Shown here piece by piece: positions 38,025 to 46,381 of a DNA stretch of 64,000 nucleotides. Source of the DNA: Escherichia phage vB_EcoM_LNA4; the sequence record MZ311864.1; one strand, given 5' to 3'. Made by a program: the position numbers and the translations under genes. Numbering within the stretch: position 1 is the stretch's first letter; every line of letters begins with the position of its first letter. The notes beneath the pieces are model-generated. The model was not told where the DNA came from, did not search any database, and saw only the letters and a list, made by a program, of their open reading frames with translations.

Positions 38025-38527
38025 CAGTCCTCCACTATAATATCATGAATCGTTTTTACGTATGCTTGATAACATTCACTCGCTTCCTCAGCGGAGTCGA
38101 ATGTTCCAAGGTGGATCTTACTATACACAGCATGGTATCTTAACCTAGTCCACCTTTTGTCTACGAATACACCACGGAATCCTGTTTGGTTCTTCTTTCC
38201 TCTGCTGTAATTGTAGACGTTTACAAACTTCTGGACATCCCTGAGGTTAGTAATACGATTGTTATCTTTTTGTCTGTCCTTGTGGTCAATAAAATAAGTG
38301 GGCCACACGCCGTAATAAAAAGCCCAGGCCACTCTGTGTGCCAAGAAGTAAAAACCTTTACCTTCAATCTTAACACCAAGCCTTACGTAACCGTCTTTTC
38401 TTTTTGTGCCTGCAACCTTTCCAAAATGACGACGAGCGAGAGGATTGATACACGTAAACAAACCTGTCTCAGGGTCATATGAGAAGGAAGATTTAAGCGC
38501 CTGTAATGCCTCTTCACTCTCCTTCAT
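38024..38527 (-). CDS. HNH homing endonuclease with AP2-like DNA-binding domain
   Basis: AHRVAW...IDHKDRQKDNNRITNLR HNH core and GFRGV...RW AP2-like region. Confidence 0.6.
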   Translation of the reverse strand: MKESEEALQALKSSFSYDPETGLFTCINPLARRHFGKVAGTKRKDGYVRLGVKIEGKGFYFLAHRVAWAFYYGVWPTYFIDHKDRQKDNNRITNLRDVQKFVNVYNYSRGKKNQTGFRGVFVDKRWTRLRYHAVYSKIHLGTFDSAEEASECYQAYVKTIHDIIVED

Positions 38528-38745
38528 CAGTAATCCTCTTTCAGTATACTCATGATAGGCTCGATAAGATATTGAGCCTTAACCTTTTTATAACCACCAG
38601 GGTCAGGAACCTTCATTGTGATAACGTGATGTTCGCCAATGATCTCTATATCAAAGTCATCACATGAGAATGTTGCAACCCGCCCAACAACTGTCAGGAT
38701 TGATACCTGTTTTGGTCTTGAATCATCAAGAATCGTCATGCACAA
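38527..38745 (-). CDS. hypothetical protein
   Basis: 72-aa ORF. Confidence 0.4.
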   Translation of the reverse strand: MCMTILDDSRPKQVSILTVVGRVATFSCDDFDIEIIGEHHVITMKVPDPGGYKKVKAQYLIEPIMSILKEDY

Positions 38746-38912
38746 CTCCTTTCTATGAAAGCAGTCATGCTCTCACGAGCTTCTGCTTTGGTTTTAGCAC
38801 AGACAACGAACACTCGATGCCCTTTATAGGTGTATCCTCCCATAACAATGTTGGCGGTGTCAAGCCACCAACGCTCGTTTAGTTCAGATTTTGGGAATTT
38901 AAACTTAGCCAT
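38736..38912 (-). CDS. hypothetical protein
   Basis: 58 aa from internal ATG overlapping upstream stop. Confidence 0.35.
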   Translation of the reverse strand: MAKFKFPKSELNERWWLDTANIVMGGYTYKGHRVFVVCAKTKAEARESMTAFIERSCA

Positions 38913-39109
38913 TAGCGATTGTACCATGCAACATGTGTGGCCCACTCTGGACGTGGTTTCCAGCAACTTAGGTTCGACTCATACTTGTCGTTTTTGCACC
39001 AGTAACCGTCCCCATCGTCAGGGATGAATGCCCCGACCCTAACACAGTTTGTCCAGTCCTCCACGGACATAACATCAGCATAGTCCGGGATGGGTTTGAA
39101 TTCTACCAT
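38912..39109 (-). CDS. hypothetical protein
   Basis: 65-aa ORF. Confidence 0.4.
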   Translation of the reverse strand: MVEFKPIPDYADVMSVEDWTNCVRVGAFIPDDGDGYWCKNDKYESNLSCWKPRPEWATHVAWYNR

Positions 39110-39396
39110 AACTCCCCCTTCATTAAGACAATATGGTTGCGTTGAGCAAAGTCACGAACAAAGTGAACATACTCTTTGTCGTGTTCAGAAATCTTAGCCA
39201 GAATCGCCCCGGCAGATTCACCAGCAGTCCAAGAAGACTGGCAGAAACCACTGTCTTCTCGAATGTGACAGTTCTTTGCATCAGGACCGTACTGGTCTTT
39301 CACGTAGTCGATATCGAGGGAGCCAAGACGAACAAGGCGATCATCGCCCTCTTTATCAACGATGTAAATATAACCGAAACCAGGTCTACGACTCAT
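39103..39396 (-). CDS. hypothetical protein
   Basis: 97-aa ORF. Confidence 0.45.
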   Translation of the reverse strand: MSRRPGFGYIYIVDKEGDDRLVRLGSLDIDYVKDQYGPDAKNCHIREDSGFCQSSWTAGESAGAILAKISEHDKEYVHFVRDFAQRNHIVLMKGELW

Positions 39397-39545
39397 GCTT
39401 TGCTCTCCACGTAATATGGTAGGCGTCTGATCAGGTCTTCAGGAGCACCGTTCTCTGTCCAGGTAAGGCCCTGGTCACCAGACACATAGCCTTTCCCGTT
39501 GACAAACTTGCGCCAGACATTGCGGAACTGGTTTTTGTAGATCAT
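39393..39545 (-). CDS. small hypothetical protein (50 aa)
   Basis: ATGA overlaps at both ends; not in ORF track (short). Confidence 0.35.
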   Translation of the reverse strand: MIYKNQFRNVWRKFVNGKGYVSGDQGLTWTENGAPEDLIRRLPYYVESKA

Positions 39546-39763
39546 TCGATCACGCTCCAGCCTTCATCCTGCCAGGATTCTCCACGATACCAACCTGCCA
39601 TAGGGCAACCGTCTTCTGCGTAGATACGACCACCAACCATTTCAAACCACTCATCACTGGTGAAATATTGGTTGCGTACACGCTTACCTTCGCGCATGGC
39701 CTGCTGTGCTTCTTTCCAGGTTAATTTAGACACGGAATTGCCCCTTCTTGTTCTTGAAGCCAT
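39542..39763 (-). CDS. possible DUF2829/Tad2-like small protein
   Basis: 73 aa; TWKEAQQAMREGKRVRN...W pattern; from memory only. Confidence 0.3.
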   Translation of the reverse strand: MASRTRRGNSVSKLTWKEAQQAMREGKRVRNQYFTSDEWFEMVGGRIYAEDGCPMAGWYRGESWQDEGWSVIE

Positions 39764-40067
39764 TAGAGATCTTCTGACCAGCCAAGAATTTCGGATTTGT
39801 CAGACGAGATTCAAAAGACTGACGGACCTTGTGTGCCAGCTTAGAGCAGTAATCCACATCGGACAGTGCTTCTTGGTTCGCTTTAACACGGATACGCTTC
39901 ACACTCGGAACGATGGTCAGACCACCAAAGCCGTCAACGTAATAGAACTCGACCTCATAACCGTCAGTGGTCAGTTCGTTGAAGATTGGGAATGTCTGTT
40001 GCAGTGCCTCTTTATGTGCAAGAGACATCAGACGTTGTTGGTCGTTCAAAGTTTCAGTGATTTGCAT
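39726..40067 (-). CDS. hypothetical protein
   Basis: 113 aa from ATG after GAGGA RBS. Confidence 0.45.
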   Translation of the reverse strand: MQITETLNDQQRLMSLAHKEALQQTFPIFNELTTDGYEVEFYYVDGFGGLTIVPSVKRIRVKANQEALSDVDYCSKLAHKVRQSFESRLTNPKFLAGQKISNGFKNKKGQFRV

Positions 40068-40125
40068 TGAGTTTATCCTCGTTTTGTTTGGTATGCACAA
40101 AGATTAACAGCCTCCGAAGAGGCTG

Positions 40126-40815
40126 TCAAATGTTTTTCGCAGGTTTTTTAGATGATCCTCGGTTGTAGGGTATTCCTCCCCACTCCATGTTCTCAATTAT
40201 ATATCCATTGAAGCATGTCTCATCCCCACACTCGTGCTGTGTTTTTGTCAGGAATGTTATGTAATTTCGATCTTCTGTTACCATGTGTACACTGTACATT
40301 TCCCTGAACCTGTCACATCGCAAGATAGTTCCGGGGATGCTTACCTTATCCCTTGAAGGTTTGTAATAATTAGCCCGATCCTGGATAGACAGGTACGCAC
40401 CAAGACAGGCGGCCTTCAGAGAGCAAGAGACCTTCAGATTATCAAAATCACCCCCGCTGATATACCACAGCAGGAGGGGTGGAGGACAATCCTCAAACGC
40501 AACACCCGCCCATTCACCGAAGGGGAATATTCCCCTTTCGATAAAATTGAGGTGCCTGCGCTGTGTGTCTGTCTCCACATCAACATAACTTCTTTTCTGC
40601 TTCAGGTCTATGCTTCTGTCGTAACTCTCCTCTCCCAACAAAGGTAAAGACCTTTTAAAGTAGTCTTCAGCAGCAAATTCAGGACTGTAGCTCTCCGAAC
40701 CAAGGGAGATAACAGAGGCATAAGCCCATTCATCTCCACTGTTGATGCAGAGTTTAAGCTCATAAAACCCAAGCTCATGTTGTTGACGATACAGAATCCA
40801 GCGATCTACAGACAC
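40126..40815 (-). CDS. hypothetical protein
   Basis: 229-aa ORF. Confidence 0.45.
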   Translation of the reverse strand: MSVDRWILYRQQHELGFYELKLCINSGDEWAYASVISLGSESYSPEFAAEDYFKRSLPLLGEESYDRSIDLKQKRSYVDVETDTQRRHLNFIERGIFPFGEWAGVAFEDCPPPLLLWYISGGDFDNLKVSCSLKAACLGAYLSIQDRANYYKPSRDKVSIPGTILRCDRFREMYSVHMVTEDRNYITFLTKTQHECGDETCFNGYIIENMEWGGIPYNRGSSKKPAKNI

Positions 40816-40824
40816 AAAGCCCCC

Positions 40825-42033
40825 TTAGTTCACGATTGCATCAACACCATCAGAGAAGTTCTTACGGTATTCTGTGATGATCTCCATGACAACCGGGTAT
40901 TTCTGGAGCAGTTTAGCAGGTAAACGCTCACGGTTCCCGGACATTAAGATCGCTTTACCGAAGGAGTTCTCCTGGATGAACGACATGAACACAGAACTAA
41001 CGAAGTCGCGGTTGGATGCCGTATCATGCTGACCGAAGTTATCATACATATACTTCAGGAAGTTCGCAGCGAACGCGATTACCTCATCGTCGGTATACTC
41101 TTTGTTCTGGATCGCCTTGCGTAACCAGATAGACCCCTGAGAGCCTAGAGTCCACAGGATATCCGAAGAGTCAGCACCCGTATGTTTGGTGAGTTTGCCA
41201 CTCATAACATCTTGGATAGAGACCATTTTGGAGATACGGGTATGGTATTCCCACAGTTCGTTAGCCAGAGGCTTACCGATACTGCCCTGCAACGATGCCA
41301 GAGCCAGACGAGCAGACAACAGGCCAGCGTCATAATCGTACAGAATATCACTTGCCGTTACCCAGGTGCGTGGTGTGGCGTATGAAGGGGAGTTAATCTC
41401 CAGCATCTCTTCATAGTTCTCAATCTTACCTGGGTTTGCGCTCACAAAACCAACAACCGATGGATGGACATCGTTGTGCATGGCGTAGTCCTGCAACCAG
41501 ACAGTCGTGTCGTAATCCAGTTCGACGAGGATCATACGGTTAGCTAGCGGAGCTTCCAGCATACTTACCGCAGTACCATCACCAGGGCGGTTGCCTGCAC
41601 CTGCAAACACCGCACCTGCCGGGAATTTGTATGTACCGATCTTGTGATCAAGCATGATCTGATAGGCAACTTTCTGGAGATATGGTTCCGCGTGTAGCAA
41701 TTCATCCAGGAATACAATACCCTTCCAGTTCGGGTCATCAGGCCAGAAGCTTGGAATAGCATACACAGTGCGTGTAATACCATTGTCGTCGGTTACGGGG
41801 ATCTGCACCCCAACAACGTCAGACGGTTCTTTATCCGCAAGACGGAAGTCGATCAGGTTATCGTCGCGGTCACCAAACATCATGTTGGCTACCTGCTTCA
41901 TTGCCTGGCTCTTGCCAAGACCTGCACCGCCAAACATCATCAGGGCGCGTCCACGACGCTGACAGAACTTCATCAGATCAGGCACATCCCGAAGCGTGAT
42001 ACGGTTCTCGTCAAAAATGTTACGACTCGACAT
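40825..42033 (-). CDS. AAA+ ATPase (MoxR/AAA_5-like)
   Basis: Walker A MFGGAGLGKSQ and Walker B VFLDELL; start at ATG after AAGGAG. Confidence 0.6.
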   Translation of the reverse strand: MSSRNIFDENRITLRDVPDLMKFCQRRGRALMMFGGAGLGKSQAMKQVANMMFGDRDDNLIDFRLADKEPSDVVGVQIPVTDDNGITRTVYAIPSFWPDDPNWKGIVFLDELLHAEPYLQKVAYQIMLDHKIGTYKFPAGAVFAGAGNRPGDGTAVSMLEAPLANRMILVELDYDTTVWLQDYAMHNDVHPSVVGFVSANPGKIENYEEMLEINSPSYATPRTWVTASDILYDYDAGLLSARLALASLQGSIGKPLANELWEYHTRISKMVSIQDVMSGKLTKHTGADSSDILWTLGSQGSIWLRKAIQNKEYTDDEVIAFAANFLKYMYDNFGQHDTASNRDFVSSVFMSFIQENSFGKAILMSGNRERLPAKLLQKYPVVMEIITEYRKNFSDGVDAIVN

Positions 42034-42262
42034 TAGTTTGTCTCCTTTGTTCAAGATAGTTTTCGATTATCCCCTCTACATCTCCGGGGTCGATATCATT
42101 GTATAGGGTATGGATTCTCTCTGCAAGGTCTTTCGGCAATAACTTATCTGTTTGATGCACCCTACCAGCACCAAAAACCACATACCATGCACGACGACTC
42201 AGGCGGTGCCGTTGACGAGGAACGTCCCTGTTAAAATCTAAAGGCTTCACTTCTCCACCCAT
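42020..42262 (-). CDS. hypothetical protein
   Basis: 80-aa ORF. Confidence 0.4.
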   Translation of the reverse strand: MGGEVKPLDFNRDVPRQRHRLSRRAWYVVFGAGRVHQTDKLLPKDLAERIHTLYNDIDPGDVEGIIENYLEQRRQTNVES

Positions 42263-42618
42263 ACTCGATTCTCATCACACCAGTTGTAAAGATCTTTCAT
42301 GATGTCGTTGAACTCCCGCATCGGTGTATAATGCCGGATCGGATCTGCATCATGCCCCTCTGCCTCACATTCCGCAATGGAAGCCTGCCACTCAAGATAT
42401 GTAGGGACATCCCGGAAATAGATTATAATATCAACAAGGTCTGCATCACACTGAACGCTGTCGTAGCTTGCCTTGTTCGGGAATTTAAATTCCAGACGAC
42501 GAGCAATCTCTTTCGCAAGCTCATGAACTGTTTTATCAGTCCAATCTTCAGGGCCACACTCGCCGTTTCGCTTTCTCCACACATCATCAATGCGGAGGGT
42601 TTGTTTCCACTCAGCCAT
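42247..42618 (-). CDS. hypothetical protein
   Basis: 123-aa ORF. Confidence 0.45.
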   Translation of the reverse strand: MAEWKQTLRIDDVWRKRNGECGPEDWTDKTVHELAKEIARRLEFKFPNKASYDSVQCDADLVDIIIYFRDVPTYLEWQASIAECEAEGHDADPIRHYTPMREFNDIMKDLYNWCDENRVWVEK

Positions 42619-43099
42619 TGGTTATTTTCCTCAATTCAAATTCGTCACCATACCCGATCATATGCCCTTTGGCAGTGATCACCTTTTCTCCGAACACGCT
42701 GCCAGTGCATTTACCAATGAAAACTTCCGGCATATCTTCCTCAGACAGGAGAATATCTACCTTGAACTTGCCTTGATAATGTCTAGCATTGTAATGTGGC
42801 CCTTTATCATCTGTCTTGTGCCAGCATTTGCCGTTCCAGCGATATTTATTGTGCTTGTACCATGTATATGATACCCAGTTATCCTGCGCTATATGGTCCA
42901 CCTGAACAGTAATCAGTCGTCCTGTGCTGCGAAGTAGATCGTCATATTGCTTTTCGTATAACTTCGCACGATTTTTCATATCGTTGTAATACTGTTGATA
43001 GCGATCCGCCCTGTTGACCATAACCTTGAGGATACTCTCGATTGGTGTGCCTTTCTCAAGATGTTCTTCATAAAGCTGTTTGCTTGATTTGATATTCAT
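42611..43099 (-). CDS. hypothetical protein
   Basis: 162-aa ORF. Confidence 0.45.
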   Translation of the reverse strand: MNIKSSKQLYEEHLEKGTPIESILKVMVNRADRYQQYYNDMKNRAKLYEKQYDDLLRSTGRLITVQVDHIAQDNWVSYTWYKHNKYRWNGKCWHKTDDKGPHYNARHYQGKFKVDILLSEEDMPEVFIGKCTGSVFGEKVITAKGHMIGYGDEFELRKITNG

Positions 43100-43308
43100 T
43101 TAAGCTCCTTAATGGATTCCAGGTCAAGGTAGTCATCACCACCCACCACTTTCCCGTCAGTTTTGCGATACTTTACGACTTTTCCGGTCTCTGAATGCTG
43201 GTAAGACATCCAGTAACGAGGCGTTTCGCGAAGTTTCTCAGTCCACGCCCAGCCGAGGCGGGGTTTTTTGACTGTACCTTTGTGGGTGTAACCTTGATTT
43301 CTGGACAT
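43096..43308 (-). CDS. hypothetical protein
   Basis: 70-aa ORF; overlaps 43173..43529 in another frame. Confidence 0.35.
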   Translation of the reverse strand: MSRNQGYTHKGTVKKPRLGWAWTEKLRETPRYWMSYQHSETGKVVKYRKTDGKVVGGDDYLDLESIKELK

Positions 43309-43529
43309 TCTTTGCTCCTGTATAGAGTCACTTTGTAAAGATTCTGATCGTAAATCAAAAAAGGCCTTGACACCGGACCGACAGACCTGTATCTACGATT
43401 CACCTGAATGTAGCCGCGCTCCTCCAACTTGAGAACGAGCTTACTTACTTTCCATGAAGGAATTCCCAGCAGGAACCCCATCTGTTTCTGAGTATACTTG
43501 TTTGTGCGGAGCAGTGTCAATAGATTCAT
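43173..43529 (-). CDS. winged-helix-like DNA-binding protein (3' end uncertain)
   Basis: N-terminal HTH-like segment; C-terminal part overlaps neighbouring ORF. Confidence 0.35.
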   Translation of the reverse strand: MNLLTLLRTNKYTQKQMGFLLGIPSWKVSKLVLKLEERGYIQVNRRYRSVGPVSRPFLIYDQNLYKVTLYRSKECPEIKVTPTKVQSKNPASAGRGLRNFAKRLVTGCLTSIQRPEKS

Positions 43530-44035
43530 AATTGCGACAGCATGTTGATTGCTTCGTGATGTTCTTTCATCTTTGTCAGACGAAGATACATGTCATGGTA
43601 CTTACGAATACGAAGCAAGTCTTTATCGCTAAGTCCTTTCAGACGACGAACATCAGAGTTGTGTCGCAGGTCTGCGAGCTTAACACGGATTGCATCGTAG
43701 TTTCTTGCAATACCCTGGAAATACTCCTCCGGTGTCTGATTTGGTGTTTTCGTCAAAAGAACCACAGCATCTTTAACACGATTAGAGAAGCCCAACAGCA
43801 CTAGGTCAGCAGCCGTCACATCGGTATCTTCCACCACATCGTGAAGAGCCGCGATAGCCATAAGCTGAAAATCATCGCTCTTCAGGTAGTGCATCACCTT
43901 TAGCGGGTGGAGGATGTAGGGGTTACCACCCTTATCTTTCTGATTCAGGTGTCCTTCTGCTGCAATCTTGATAGCCAGGGCAAGTTCTTGCGCCGGGGTT
44001 AAAACTGGAATCGTGGAATTGTAAGTTCGTACCAT
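43526..44035 (-). CDS. HD-domain (p)ppGpp hydrolase-like protein (RelA/SpoT-type)
   Basis: GHLNQKDKGGNPYILHPLKV and AALHDVVEDT HD motifs. Confidence 0.65.
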   Translation of the reverse strand: MVRTYNSTIPVLTPAQELALAIKIAAEGHLNQKDKGGNPYILHPLKVMHYLKSDDFQLMAIAALHDVVEDTDVTAADLVLLGFSNRVKDAVVLLTKTPNQTPEEYFQGIARNYDAIRVKLADLRHNSDVRRLKGLSDKDLLRIRKYHDMYLRLTKMKEHHEAINMLSQL

Positions 44036-45027
44036 CTTTGTTGCTCCATCATGTTAAAAGGTTTGATCTTGAGTGTATCAAAACCATCAATGTTGTCAAG
44101 CCAGAATTCATCTTTATATCCAGCCATTTCCATCATCATTAACTCTTCCGGGCTGGGTGTCTCCCCTGCCATCATGTTTCTGAGTCTTTCATCCCAGCGG
44201 AAAGTGAATAATGTCTCATTTTTATTGCAAATTAATAGTGCTTCACGGGCATTTTTAATCTTAACACTACGATCACGTAGATGAAACACACTGTGACCAA
44301 TGTGATTACACTGGACATCAAAGTTATCCCTGTCTCTGAAGTCACAAAACACCAGGAGATCACCGATAGACAAGGATATACCGAGAATATCAATATCGTT
44401 TTTAGACCTCTGTGTGAATTTCGATTCAAGACCGTACCTGCGGAACTCCGCATTGATGAAAAGATCTGGTTCACAACGGCCCATTTGTCTGATAAGGGGC
44501 TTCAACAAGCCGAGGAACTCTCTTGTACGGCTTGAAAATCTCCAGGCCGAACCCTTTGTAAGGGCATCACCATCCCCATGACCACGGATAATGGCTGAAA
44601 CATTTCCCCGCGATACCTCTTCCCGCTCGAAAGGACTTGAGGTAGAGGCTCTATCTCTGATATCTACCTCAAGACGGGCTAAAAACCGCCTATCAAGGCT
44701 CTCTCGTCGATAATCTCCCCAGTCACACCCCCAGAACCAAGAGAATGGGCCATTCCTTGTGTCTACTTTCTCAAGCAAGCACCTAAGTATTTCAGCAAAG
44801 GGGTTATCTTGCATCACCGTGGGGTTAAGCCTTGAAAGAAAGTCATCACTGTCCATTCTTGGCGTATCCCAGATACCCAGCATTGCCTTTTGACGGTACT
44901 GTTGTTCTCTTTGCCAATGTTCAATCAGGTCGCGAGTTGTCTGGTCATCTTTTAACATGCTCCAGTCTATATCAGCAGTCACCTTTGGGACGGCTACCTG
45001 TCGAACATCAATGTTGAATTTATTCAT
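43999..45027 (-). CDS. hypothetical protein (first gene of minus-strand operon)
   Basis: 342 aa from internal ATG; sequence upstream of that ATG is promoter-like. Confidence 0.5.
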   Translation of the reverse strand: MNKFNIDVRQVAVPKVTADIDWSMLKDDQTTRDLIEHWQREQQYRQKAMLGIWDTPRMDSDDFLSRLNPTVMQDNPFAEILRCLLEKVDTRNGPFSWFWGCDWGDYRRESLDRRFLARLEVDIRDRASTSSPFEREEVSRGNVSAIIRGHGDGDALTKGSAWRFSSRTREFLGLLKPLIRQMGRCEPDLFINAEFRRYGLESKFTQRSKNDIDILGISLSIGDLLVFCDFRDRDNFDVQCNHIGHSVFHLRDRSVKIKNAREALLICNKNETLFTFRWDERLRNMMAGETPSPEELMMMEMAGYKDEFWLDNIDGFDTLKIKPFNMMEQQRWYELTIPRFQF

Positions 45028-45090
45028 GTTTATCTCTCTCTCAAACAAATGTACACAAAGCATACACTGTAAAAAATTTGAAATCAAGTG

Positions 45091-45119
45091 TTGACAGTGT
45101 GGAAGCAATCCAGGATAAT
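45091..45119 (+). promoter_or_regulatory. sigma70-like promoter
   Basis: TTGACA-17 bp-GATAAT upstream of AAGGAG and the 45158 start; divergent from minus operon. Confidence 0.6.
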
Positions 45120-45157
45120 TCCCCCAACAAGAACGGGAACAACCCAAGGAGTAGAAA

Positions 45158-46063
45158 ATGTTTGATGTGAAAAAGAAATTTACCGCCAGTGAGATCAAAA
45201 GTCTAGAAGAACGTTATCGTAAAAAGGTTGAGCGCACAAAGAAACGTGGCCTTGAGTTCAGCCTGACGCTTGATGACTGGTTCATGATGGGTGAGAAGCT
45301 CTTAGGTATTGGCAAATGTGACTATACCAACATGGACTTTAGTATGCGCTCTGTGCATGGTGAGAAAGACCCTCTTTATCCAACCGTTGAGCGTATCAAT
45401 GATAAGAAAGGTTATGTCCGTGGTAACGTTTGTGTTGTCCTGCAACGCGCTAACGAACTGAAAGATTGCTTGGTTGACAAGAAGACGGCAATCACTATAA
45501 TTGAACCACTTGATCGTGAGATCGTTCAGGCAATGATGCTGAACATGTCAAAAGAGCATATGGAACAACTGAAACTAAAATATATTCCACAAGAGGAGAA
45601 AGAAATGCCAGTAGATACTTCTGTAGTTGTAGATAAAGTAGAGATTTCTGAAGAGCGCACCGCGTCTTCCGCAATGGAACTTGCTGAACAACATTTCCAC
45701 AAACAACCACCTACGGCAGAAGAAACCACTGCACCAGTGGAAGAAAAGCAGAAGCTTCCAGACGATGTTGCTGTGGCACTGGCCTACGCCAACTACTGCA
45801 AAACATTCTCTGATGCGGGTATGAACGTTTCTGTGACCTATGCACAATTTAAGGCGAAGTATATTCGCAACACCTGCTCTCTGACCGGAGAGAAGTTGTC
45901 TGGAGAGCCAAAGGCGATCCTTATCATGGATCTGAAAGTCGGTTTTGCTAAAGACAACTTCATTATTGTGTCGAAGAAAATGGAAACGGCGCTTACTCAA
46001 CTGATCATTCAGACAGAAATGAGCCTCCCTAAAATCACTGCGATGCTCAACAAGGTGGTGTAA
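45158..46063 (+). CDS. hypothetical protein with internally duplicated domain
   Basis: 301 aa; two related segments ending in G(Y/F)xxxN(V/F)x(V/I)V. Confidence 0.5.
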   Translation: MFDVKKKFTASEIKSLEERYRKKVERTKKRGLEFSLTLDDWFMMGEKLLGIGKCDYTNMDFSMRSVHGEKDPLYPTVERINDKKGYVRGNVCVVLQRANELKDCLVDKKTAITIIEPLDREIVQAMMLNMSKEHMEQLKLKYIPQEEKEMPVDTSVVVDKVEISEERTASSAMELAEQHFHKQPPTAEETTAPVEEKQKLPDDVAVALAYANYCKTFSDAGMNVSVTYAQFKAKYIRNTCSLTGEKLSGEPKAILIMDLKVGFAKDNFIIVSKKMETALTQLIIQTEMSLPKITAMLNKVV

Positions 46064-46323
46064 TGTACGAAGATATCCTGGGCCGACCCGCGTCGGCTCC
46101 TGAACAAAAGATGATGGACAGGGGATTCGTTCCCCCGTTCAAAGTTGGTGACCGGGTTTGTCTTGCTAATGCTCAGAATGTGGTATCAACCATTACTGCA
46201 ACGGTTTTGTTTGCTGTACCACCCAACCCGGTGCAGCCACAGCCAGCATTAACCTGGGGATTCCGGCTTGAAGGTTGGACAGATTTTTTACCAGGTGAAG
46301 CAATAAAACCATTTGCATCCTAG
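46063..46323 (+). CDS. hypothetical protein
   Basis: 86-aa ORF, start overlaps previous stop. Confidence 0.4.
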   Translation: MYEDILGRPASAPEQKMMDRGFVPPFKVGDRVCLANAQNVVSTITATVLFAVPPNPVQPQPALTWGFRLEGWTDFLPGEAIKPFAS

Positions 46324-46340
46324 CACACAACGTGTATAAT
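46313..46340 (+). promoter_or_regulatory. sigma70-like promoter
   Basis: TTGCAT-16 bp-TATAAT. Confidence 0.5.
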
Positions 46341-46381
46341 CAGGTCATCATTAGATGGCCTTTTTTTATTTGGAGAGAAGA

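Noticed and set aside
45028-45198. N-terminal 57-aa extension of the 43999..45198 ORF
   Set aside because: The extension covers a divergent promoter region; the internal ATG at 45027 is the more plausible start.
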